A DNA stretch of 64,000 nt, taken from assembly GCF_003330725.1 (NCBI RefSeq), contig NZ_CP030840.1, positions 5,820,116-5,884,115 of the forward strand. The letters run 5' to 3'. The translations under genes were made by a program, and so were the position numbers. Positions 56,239 to 64,000 of this stretch are shown here, one piece after another (the first letter of the stretch is position 1; each line of letters opens with the position of its first letter). Below the pieces are notes generated by a model. The model was not told the DNA's origin, ran no database searches, and saw only the letters and a program-made list of their open reading frames with translations. The stretch comes from Acidisarcina polymorpha (GTDB lineage Bacteria; Acidobacteriota; Terriglobia; Terriglobales; Acidobacteriaceae).

Positions 56239-57525
56239 CTATTTAATCGGGTTTGCTATACCTGTGCTTATCGAAGCGAATGCCCGATCGATAATTCTTC
56301 CGGCATGCGCGAGACTCTGTTTCCGATCCAAGGCGGTCTGCATTAGGATCGCATTCATGCGGTATTTCGGGTTGTTTAGCACTTCGTCGACTAGCCGCGA
56401 AAGAACCGGTAACGTTATTTCCTCGGCACGGCAGAAGACGCCCACTTCTGCGTGTGCAACCCGCGCGGCGACTCCTGGCTGATCGTTCGTGATCGGAAGG
56501 ACAACAAGTGGCACTCCGTACTGCAGAGCTTCCAAGACTGTATTTACTCCTCCATGAGTAATACAAAGTCTTGCTCGTTGAAGAAGTTCCAGTTGAGGGG
56601 CAGACTTTACCAAGATCAAATTACCGGGTACGTCTTCAGACTTATCCTGCTGCGCTGATCCGCCCGTTGTCAGAACTATCTGACATGTCTTCGCTCGTGC
56701 GAGCTGCACAATCATTTGGTAAAGAGGCAGAAGGCCATTTTGCAACGTGCCGAAGGACACATAAATGAGCGGCTCCCCCGTCAGAAGATGCCATGGAAAA
56801 TCCGCGTGGTCAGTTGCCGATGGCTCGCAGAGTGGGCCGACATGGATGAGCTGCTCTGGCCAATAGGGATTCGGAAAATCTAACTCCGATGGTAACTGGG
56901 TGAGCCAAGCAAGCCTCGATGTTAGAGCGTGAGGGTCATTCCAGTTCACCGTGACGCCAGCATCGGTGAGGAAGTGCTTGATCATCGCCTGCATTGGAGC
57001 GGCTTTCTGAGCAAAGCGATATAGTCCCGAGCGATTCCGCTCAATAGCCTCCTTTGTTGTGTCTGGTGGCCAATCATAGCTCCAAAAAGGTGTATAGCCA
57101 GAGTAGTCACTGTGAAGTGCGTTCGAGACCTGCACGTAAGGAATACCCATCGATAGGGCTACAGCTTCCATTCCTTTGGCCGAGAAATCGATTACTAGCG
57201 CTTGAGCACGACTCTGGCGAAGAACTCTGGGGCCATCTCGGAGCACAGCTTTGCACAAGTCACTTAGCAGATCAATACTGAACTCGGTACCAGCCTGGCC
57301 TGACATGGAGCGAAGGGGGGCAAAGATAGAGGCAATCGACCCCGGAGGATATTCTTCTTCACACATGGGGAAGAAGAGCATGCCTTCTTCTTGTGTAACT
57401 CTAGCCTGGAGATCACAAAGACCAAGGACAATAACCTCATGACCGAGAAGGTGCATCTGCCGCGCGACAGAAAGCAGTACGGACACATGGCTGTAGAGCG
57501 GCAGCATATAGAACGCGATTCTCAT
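56239..57525 (-). CDS. GT1-family UDP-glycosyltransferase (CrtX/MGT-like), paralog 2
   Basis: CITHGGVNTVLEALQYGVPLVVLPITNDQPGVAARV. Collinear similarity to the 54288..55547 product throughout (DYSG..TP, WPEQL, etc.). Confidence 0.8.
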   Translation of the reverse strand: MRIAFYMLPLYSHVSVLLSVARQMHLLGHEVIVLGLCDLQARVTQEEGMLFFPMCEEEYPPGSIASIFAPLRSMSGQAGTEFSIDLLSDLCKAVLRDGPRVLRQSRAQALVIDFSAKGMEAVALSMGIPYVQVSNALHSDYSGYTPFWSYDWPPDTTKEAIERNRSGLYRFAQKAAPMQAMIKHFLTDAGVTVNWNDPHALTSRLAWLTQLPSELDFPNPYWPEQLIHVGPLCEPSATDHADFPWHLLTGEPLIYVSFGTLQNGLLPLYQMIVQLARAKTCQIVLTTGGSAQQDKSEDVPGNLILVKSAPQLELLQRARLCITHGGVNTVLEALQYGVPLVVLPITNDQPGVAARVAHAEVGVFCRAEEITLPVLSRLVDEVLNNPKYRMNAILMQTALDRKQSLAHAGRIIDRAFASISTGIANPIK

Positions 57526-57639
57526 AGTTCTTCTCGAAACTGCTCGTGCGCGTTGGGCCGTTTTAGACGGGGTGGTATTTTCCTGGTCCTTGAATCGATA
57601 GTTAGTTTGCTCAAGGCGTATCTAACTCTTGCCAGAAGG

Positions 57640-58887
57640 TTAGCCATCTATGCGAACGGGAAGCGATTTGAGTGACCGCATCCAATAGGCGGGCTGATAA
57701 TCGAATGTCGTTGTGTTCAACTCAATGTTAGGGAACCGCTGTAAAAGAGATGCCAACGATATCTGTATTTCAAGCTTTGCCAGGGAAGCGCCGATGCAAT
57801 AATGTGGTCCATATCCGAATGCTAAAGAGGAAGGGTTCTCCCTTCTCAGGTGGAGCGTCTCCGGTGAGGAATACTGTTCTGGGTCGTGGTTTGCGGCGCC
57901 TAAGCCGAGTTGCACACGGGTTCCACTTTTCAATACAATTCCATCGATGTCATGGTCGCCTGAGAGCAACCTGGTAACCCATAGAACGGGGCTAACGAAG
58001 CGCAGGAGTTCGTTGACGGCATTTCCCAGCAACTCCGGCGTGTCTAGCAACTCGACCCACAGAGAGCGCTGTTGAAGCAAGTGCCGCATGGCTCCCGAAA
58101 GCAGGTTCGTTGTAGTTTCATGTCCGGCAAACAGCAGGAAGCTAACCTGCACCATGATTTCGTCGGGCGACATCCTCGCTTCGGGGTCAGGCTCATTGAC
58201 CAAACGCGAAATGAGGTCTTTCGAAGGGCTCTTCCTGCGCAGCGCAATGATGCTCTTGAGTACAAGCTCTGCCGCGCGAACCCGCTCTGCGATGTTCTCG
58301 ATCATCTGCTGGTCTCCATGTAGAACCGCCCCAGGAAATCGCGTGAGCCACATGGACATCTGCCGAATAGTGTCATGAGACTCCTCAGGGATGCCTAGTA
58401 TGTCAAATATGACCCCGGAGGGAAGCGGATGAGCGAAGCTGCGCACAAAGTCGATTTCGCCTTCCTCCTCGATGGCGTCCAGCAATTGCACCACTCGGTT
58501 TTCGATAGCCTTGCGCATGTCTGCTATGACGTCAGCTGTGAAGGCCTTCGTTATGGCGATGCGTTGGGTAGTATGCTGCGGAGGATCTGTCGCGAGGATT
58601 GTGGTAAACCAAAATTTGTAGCAGACGTTGAATGCGTTCGCAGTAGTGGCGGGAAGAGCTTCGGCGCGTCTCAATATCTCCGGACCGGTACCGGACCTGA
58701 AGAGTGCCGGTAATTGCAGCGCGGCTTTAACATCTTTATATCGGGACAGCATCCAGAACTGGTTTTCGGCCCGCCAATATACCGGATGGTGTTTCCGAAG
58801 ACGGGTGAAGTACGGATATGGCTCCTGGATGTTTGACAGAGAAAACGGATCGAGATTGACTGAGAGCTGTTGTTGGTTTGTGTCCAT
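57640..58887 (-). CDS. Cytochrome P450
   Basis: I-helix FAGHETTTN, ELLRF (ExxR), and heme loop FGYGPHYCIGASLA. The start is taken at MDTNQQQ. Confidence 0.85.
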   Translation of the reverse strand: MDTNQQQLSVNLDPFSLSNIQEPYPYFTRLRKHHPVYWRAENQFWMLSRYKDVKAALQLPALFRSGTGPEILRRAEALPATTANAFNVCYKFWFTTILATDPPQHTTQRIAITKAFTADVIADMRKAIENRVVQLLDAIEEEGEIDFVRSFAHPLPSGVIFDILGIPEESHDTIRQMSMWLTRFPGAVLHGDQQMIENIAERVRAAELVLKSIIALRRKSPSKDLISRLVNEPDPEARMSPDEIMVQVSFLLFAGHETTTNLLSGAMRHLLQQRSLWVELLDTPELLGNAVNELLRFVSPVLWVTRLLSGDHDIDGIVLKSGTRVQLGLGAANHDPEQYSSPETLHLRRENPSSLAFGYGPHYCIGASLAKLEIQISLASLLQRFPNIELNTTTFDYQPAYWMRSLKSLPVRIDG

Positions 58888-59182
58888 CCTTGAACTCCTA
58901 ACTGTCTTTACATAAACCTGGCGTACCGAACGCCACCATCGCCGCGCGACACGGTACATTTGCAAAATGCATCCCGCCTCCCCGAGGGCCTATCTCGCGA
59001 GCTCTGGTCAGTCAGCGGGCGCGGTCACAGAGGTTCTTAGGCGTATACACCAATTTAAGGTCACATCATTTATCGAGGCAGCTTCGCCCTTACTCAGGCA
59101 ACTAGGCCGGACGTGTGCAACGTTGTGGCAATTAGGACTTGAACCGATTGTCTCGGCGTCGCCGGATAGACAGGCGTTCGAA

Positions 59183-60367
59183 TCAGAGTGGCGTTCTCAA
59201 ATCGGCGCAAGATGCAAGCTGAGCTGAGATGCGCTCCGCGACTTCTCTCGATATGGGAGAGCGCACGTAAAAGTCTTCTGCGGTAGACTGCAGTCTGTCA
59301 ATTCCCAGATTCCTGATGCGCCAATCTTGGTAGAAACCGTGTGCGACGCAGAGTTCCGGTACGTCTGTCACTCCCTCATCGGACAGGACGCGAGCCAGAA
59401 AAAACGTATGATAGCCGAGCCGGTGAACCCGCTCGACCTGTAGCTCGCGCACTCTGCACGCAAACAGAGGCACCGGAATTTTGAAGATTTGGGACGGACG
59501 CGTGGGAAAGGGAAGCTCCTTCCAATCGATGGTAGGCCGGTTATGATTGGAGCCTAAGAAATATGCGATAGGGCCTTGCTTCATGGGAACACTGCTGAGC
59601 GCGACACGCCTGGTTTGTTGGACGAACCTTTCGGGCAAATAATTGTGCTTGAGGCAGAAGCCGAAGTAACTGCGGTTGAGTTCACCCATCACGTTCAGGG
59701 GAAAAATATTCCCGTTGCCCTCCTCATCCGCGACGCTGAGGAGAGAGACGGGGCGCGGGCAGCAAAACAGGGCCGACATGGCGTTCATCTGCCCAGCGGG
59801 AACTCGGATCTTGTTTGCCCTGCGGGAGGTAACAAGTGTATACCACAGGCGATTGCTCCAAAGCCTTACCGTGGGAAGACAGTAATTGACACACCTGCTG
59901 GAACGAAAGAGTAGAAACTCCGACCCACCGCATTCCAGCCTATCCTGATAATCAAGGTCGACCTCACTGAGGACACGATGGGCACCGCCGTTTTCGCACA
60001 AACGCAGCTTAAGTAGCTGGCAGTGGCTTTCATCGGGTGCCTGGCCCTGCGCGAATTCGATGCAGATGGTAAACGGCAATCCGGACGCCTGGCAGTGGCG
60101 CGTGGTAACGTCGATGGGCCTACCTACCCCGAGGAGCCACACCACGACTTCCTGCTGTGATGCCGTTTGCGCTAGAAAGAACCGGTTCGGCAGTTGCTCT
60201 CCGCCAAGTACTGCTTTTTTCATCCGTTTCAGCAGGTGCTTCTTTAGTGACATAGACGTTTCCGTCGGGTGCACGATGAGGCTTTGCCTAAGACAACTGA
60301 TTATGTCCATGACTATCTCGGCGATCTTTGATGATGCCCCGCTCTTATCTCGGAGGTGATCACCCAC
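59183..60367 (-). CDS. Flavin-reductase-like (FMN-binding split-barrel) domain protein with an unassigned ~190-aa N-terminal extension
   Basis: The C-terminal ~200 aa are PVSLLSVADEEGNGNIFPLN...LFACRVRELQVERVHRLGYHTFFLARVL, resembling the flavin reductase pattern (VTT..dG.pNgMT...; a.leC.v...gdH.ifigeV). The start is uncertain; the internal Met at 59788 is an alternative. Confidence 0.45.
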   Translation of the reverse strand: MGDHLRDKSGASSKIAEIVMDIISCLRQSLIVHPTETSMSLKKHLLKRMKKAVLGGEQLPNRFFLAQTASQQEVVVWLLGVGRPIDVTTRHCQASGLPFTICIEFAQGQAPDESHCQLLKLRLCENGGAHRVLSEVDLDYQDRLECGGSEFLLFRSSRCVNYCLPTVRLWSNRLWYTLVTSRRANKIRVPAGQMNAMSALFCCPRPVSLLSVADEEGNGNIFPLNVMGELNRSYFGFCLKHNYLPERFVQQTRRVALSSVPMKQGPIAYFLGSNHNRPTIDWKELPFPTRPSQIFKIPVPLFACRVRELQVERVHRLGYHTFFLARVLSDEGVTDVPELCVAHGFYQDWRIRNLGIDRLQSTAEDFYVRSPISREVAERISAQLASCADLRTPL

Positions 60368-61141
60368 ACGCCACGTCTAGTAGCGATGGATTACAGACAA
60401 GGACGGTTTAGGCGCTCGATTGTGGGCCGCTCGGCCTCCAGATAGACTTGCACTCACTCTTGATATAACGCCTTCACGCGCACGCTGACCATCTCATCGT
60501 TGGCATTTGCGGACGTCACGCCTGTTGTCGCCGACTATTCCATTTAGTGCCGAGCGTCGCTGCGCCTCCGACCAGAAGGCCGCTCTTCATAAAAGAGCGG
60601 CGGCGATCAAGTGAACGCTTGATGTTGTCCCGTGAGTTTCGCATTCTTGCCTGCCTTTCTATCTAGTGAAACTAGACACAGGCATTTTTATTCTATCCAT
60701 CTCGAGTTATTCCAAGAAATTCGCCTCGAGCCGATGACCTACCTCGCACACGATCGTTCACCGCTAAGTAGCGGGCACCTTATTAGATCCGGAGACATGG
60801 TTGGCTGATGTTCCATCCGGCGGCGCAATATTCCTGCAGCGAAAGCTATAAGCTCGCCCTAGGACTTGCCTGGTAGGTGTAGCAAGGCGATCGATAGGAA
60901 GAGGCTGATAACCAGGTAACCAGCCGAACACTCTTGCCCCGACCTCCGAAGAACTGGCACAACTGAAAGAGACAGATCGACCGACGAGAAGACAAGTCGG
61001 ATTTTAAAACGTGAAGAAGCCCCGCCGATCGGAGCAGTAGAAGGCATAGAACCGTCGATCGGCTCTGTTGTTAGAGTTCTCGGCGAACCTATGCGCAGAC
61101 GATTTCCAGCTTCTTCAGCTTTAACGCTTGATCGAAAAGCG

Positions 61142-61933
61142 CTATGCAGGATCAATGGATTCGAGGACCGGATAGCCGAGAACATAGCTCACTGGAAGAA
61201 ACCCACTTCGGTCCTCTCCCATGTGCCATTGATAGCCGCTACGCTTCAACGGTTGCAACATGTTCTCAACTTCTTTCGTGGAGTAGACACGGAAACATGA
61301 AATTACCCCGTCGTACCACAGTACAAACGGGACAACCGGGATAAGGTAGGTCCAGAGCAATCGTGACCAGGAAAAAGGTCGTATGGTCGGAGCCAGCAAC
61401 CATGTAAGCGCAGGGATGCAACAGACGGCGAGCAGGGTTCGCGGGGAGCGGCGGGCAACTTCGAACACTGCAATCCCTCGCCGTTGTTTCATGGCGTTTT
61501 CAAGTATCATTTTGGCCTGACCACTACCAAAATGATGAAACGAGGAAAAGATTGTTTGGAAGCCTTCCAGATCCGCTGGAATCATCGTGGCATCTGTTGA
61601 ACGGTCCTCAAAAGATAGCAGGGTCGAGACCGCACTGGCCCGCTGGAAAGCTCGCAAATTTGGATACTTGTCGGTCAATCTGACTGATATTGCGGAAACC
61701 TTCTTCACTGCAGGCTCCCGGGCTAACCGCAACCATGGACCGCCCCCACCCGAGCAAAGATCCAGTACCTTAGAAGTTCCGGCGCGATTAATGCTTCCAA
61801 GTAATCGGCCGAGAATCGGCTTATAGAAGTTCCCAAAGTTCCACAGCGACTGTAACCCGTCGGTCACCAAGTCTCTCAGAAAGTTGGGACATGCCGGATG
61901 ATCGTGAATTTCTCGCAGATCTAAGCGTTGCAT
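61142..61933 (-). CDS. Class I SAM-dependent methyltransferase
   Basis: KVLDLCSGGGGP (motif I). The C-terminal region is hydrophobic. Confidence 0.7.
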   Translation of the reverse strand: MQRLDLREIHDHPACPNFLRDLVTDGLQSLWNFGNFYKPILGRLLGSINRAGTSKVLDLCSGGGGPWLRLAREPAVKKVSAISVRLTDKYPNLRAFQRASAVSTLLSFEDRSTDATMIPADLEGFQTIFSSFHHFGSGQAKMILENAMKQRRGIAVFEVARRSPRTLLAVCCIPALTWLLAPTIRPFSWSRLLWTYLIPVVPFVLWYDGVISCFRVYSTKEVENMLQPLKRSGYQWHMGEDRSGFLPVSYVLGYPVLESIDPA

Positions 61934-61979
61934 AGATTCAGTAATTTACCTTCCAGGAGGAAATATCGTGGACTTGAAC

Positions 61980-63206
61980 TTAGGAAATACCTCGGCGGTC
62001 ATGAACAGAGTGCAGAAAAGGAGTCGCTGGAAGTGAAAAGGGTTGACGGCGTTTTTTGGGAATGAGGAGGGATTGCATCACATCTTCGCTGGCATAGAGG
62101 CGCATCTCTCTTTCGTACTTCGATATAGCCTGTGTCAGGTTGCCCCGCCCTTTCGCTACGGTTAAGAGCGATCTACATAAAAGCTGGGCGTCTCGCAGGG
62201 CGGCATTGGCTCCTATACCGAAGACCGGCGTCGTGTTGCGCACCGCATTGCCGATCAGGGTGACGACGCTCGAGTCCCACAGGGGAGGTTCAGGCATAGC
62301 CTTTAAAGGAACGAGGAAAACACTTTCAAGTTCGCTATTGGACATTGTCACCCAAAGGCGGCCGTGCAAGTGCTGCGAGCGCTCCAATGCTAAATCGAGC
62401 AACTGCCTTGAGGAATACACTTCCACGTCCGGTGGAAGAGTGCCATCAGCCACCGTATAAGCCCAAACAACAAACGGCGCGACTTCAACTTCGATGGAGG
62501 GAACTTTGATGTCGACAGGTGCCCTCGACAATGCTAGGAACATCGAGCCAGTTGCGCGGGAGACCACGGTATTGGGCGACCCATCAAGCATAATGCCCGG
62601 TAAGGAGTCAGCCCAGCCAAGGTGGGTTCTTCCGACGATTAAGGATACTTTCGTGCTGACTTTCTCGACACCGGGTAGCAACTGCTTCCGCACGAGTGAA
62701 TCACTTCCGTCAGCCCCCACCAGGACATCGGTTGTCTCTTGCGTGCCATCTTGGAAAGATACCCCTACTTTCCCGTCGGCTCGCACTTCGTAGCGATCGA
62801 AGACTTTCCCCCAACTCACGATGTCCGCGGGGACGCCCACGTGGGAAAGGCCCTGCAACAATATCCTGTGCAGTTCTACCCGGCTGATCGACATGAGGCT
62901 TTCGTCGATCAATTTCCCGTCTATCAGGTGTGACCCTCTGACGTCCGCCAGAATCCGCAGCTTCTCATCGAAGAACCGGTTTTGTCCACCAACCCGAACG
63001 CTCTTCTGAAGGAATGTCCTCCAGTTGGCCTTTGGAAGACATTCATACAATGCCTGTTGACCAAAGGGGTTGATGTGAATTCCATATCCTGGAAGCTCAA
63101 GTAAATCCCTAGCATTGCGCTCAAAAACCTTTACCTCAATCCCGCTTCGCAACAGACCGTGCGCGAGACAAGATCCGCCGACGCCGGCTCCAATGATAAT
63201 GACCTT
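61980..63206 (-). CDS. FAD-dependent aromatic-ring monooxygenase (group A flavoprotein hydroxylase)
   Basis: MKVIIIGAGVGGSCLAHGL (GxGxxG), DVLVGADGSDSLVR (the GADG motif), and C-terminal GDAAH-like VTLIGNAV. Confidence 0.85.
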   Translation of the reverse strand, partial: KVIIIGAGVGGSCLAHGLLRSGIEVKVFERNARDLLELPGYGIHINPFGQQALYECLPKANWRTFLQKSVRVGGQNRFFDEKLRILADVRGSHLIDGKLIDESLMSISRVELHRILLQGLSHVGVPADIVSWGKVFDRYEVRADGKVGVSFQDGTQETTDVLVGADGSDSLVRKQLLPGVEKVSTKVSLIVGRTHLGWADSLPGIMLDGSPNTVVSRATGSMFLALSRAPVDIKVPSIEVEVAPFVVWAYTVADGTLPPDVEVYSSRQLLDLALERSQHLHGRLWVTMSNSELESVFLVPLKAMPEPPLWDSSVVTLIGNAVRNTTPVFGIGANAALRDAQLLCRSLLTVAKGRGNLTQAISKYEREMRLYASEDVMQSLLIPKKRRQPFSLPATPFLHSVHDRRGIS

Positions 63207-64000
63207 CATGATGCTTCCTTCCACAAGGCGGATCTTAGTGAGCCTGTTCTACTTCGGTCTGTCGCAATGCCTGGGCCGCGTCGGGCCGAGATATCGTCTT
63301 AGCGGATAACACGCGGTGCATAGTTGTTAAGAGGCGGTGTGTAGCAAGATACGGTATCAGCCTGGCCCGAAACAAAGGATCTTTACCGACCCATCGGCGA
63401 TATTAAGGATTGCGCTCGCTCTTCGCCGTTCAAGAGCCTGCGAATGCTTCAAGTCGGATGCCATGCACGCGTGCCCCGTCCCTCTCCGGAGGGCCGGTAG
63501 GACGTAAGTACTCAACTCATGGTCTTAATGCCGTTTACTCGGAGTATTGCCTGTCTGTCGACGGTTGATCCCGCAATGGATTGTCGTTGATCTCTAGTCC
63601 GCCCTTCTTTTACAAACCTCCTTCCTACGTTGGCTGACCAGGCAGACGATCGCGATTATGCCGTAACTCCCGGGTAGCAAGTGAGCAATCGAACCGAGGG
63701 CCATCCAGCTTCTTGTGAACCATAAAACGCCTTTGCTAAAAAGCCAGAGCGTCGCTCTCAGATGCGTTGAGCCGGAACGCGGGCCGGGACGCAACAGATA
63801 ACAGGTATGTACCAACCTGGCGAGAGCGGCTTGGTTGCCGTCTTACGCGTCGCGGATCAAGGCACAATGCTGAATAGACTTCTCACTCTAAAACTGCCAT
63901 TCTTCAAGGCGCTCAGGCTTCCTGTTGTGGGCTTCGACTTAAACGGCGACGTTCGGTTCGCCGCGAACCGCCACTCACTTAAGGTAGGTTCTGCACGCTG

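Noticed and set aside
60859-61185. 108-aa minus-strand ORF in the 770-bp gap
   Set aside because: It overlaps the methyltransferase 3' end, has a low-complexity Ser/Leu-rich composition, and has no RBS.
63949-63970. Palindrome CGGTTCGCCGCGAACCG near the window end
   Set aside because: The stem is short with no U-tract, and no gene ends beside it within the window. It is insufficient to call a terminator.
1-64000. tRNA genes, rRNA, CRISPR arrays, intact IS elements, integrases
   Set aside because: No T-loop GGTTCGA-type cloverleaf candidates, no repeat-spacer arrays and no intact transposase or integrase ORFs were seen. Only the truncated resolvase at 10221..10550 was found.

Overview
This 64 kb window is a high-GC (~60%) chromosomal segment that looks Acidobacteriota-like. 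The signs are a carboxypeptidase-regulatory-like TonB-receptor fragment, sedolisin S53 and S9 peptidases, DUF1800, and many GT1/P450 genes. It is gene-dense on both strands and carries the following, in order.

- **Housekeeping and envelope genes:** a partial dnaX, mazG, rlmN, an M16 peptidase, lolA, and a fused lptF/lptG permease.
- **Type IV pilus pieces:** a prepilin peptidase and one pilin.
- **Metal homeostasis block, all on the minus strand:** an intramembrane histidine kinase with an OmpR-type regulator, then copZ-like, copA and csoR, then corA.
- **Membrane-stress operon:** an XRE regulator, NfeD, flotillin and PspA.
- **Other recognisable genes:** a secreted metallophosphoesterase, a Δ9-type acyl-CoA desaturase, and a response regulator with a degenerate GGDEF (GEDEF) domain directly downstream of an unusual WecB/TagA glycosyltransferase–STAS fusion. 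There are also a META-domain protein, crcB, an MpaB oxygenase, a bactofilin, an SPL-like radical SAM enzyme, and one GT1–P450 pair.
- **Two lower-GC regions that stand out:** (a) ~10.05–12.6 kb is a decayed mobile or plasmid-derived remnant. It holds a truncated serine-recombinase gene, RepA-like and SDR fragments, a multiply frameshifted secreted-protein gene, and a truncated TonB-receptor N-terminus. (b) ~51.2–63.3 kb is a tailoring-enzyme island. It holds two tandem CrtX/MGT-like GT1 paralogs flanking a GNAT, a P450, a flavin-reductase-like protein, a SAM methyltransferase, an FAD monooxygenase, an AT3 acyltransferase and a HAF-repeat secreted protein. No core scaffold synthase is visible inside the window.

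No rRNA, tRNA or CRISPR features were found. All calls rest on reading the six-frame translations for motifs. No database search was run.
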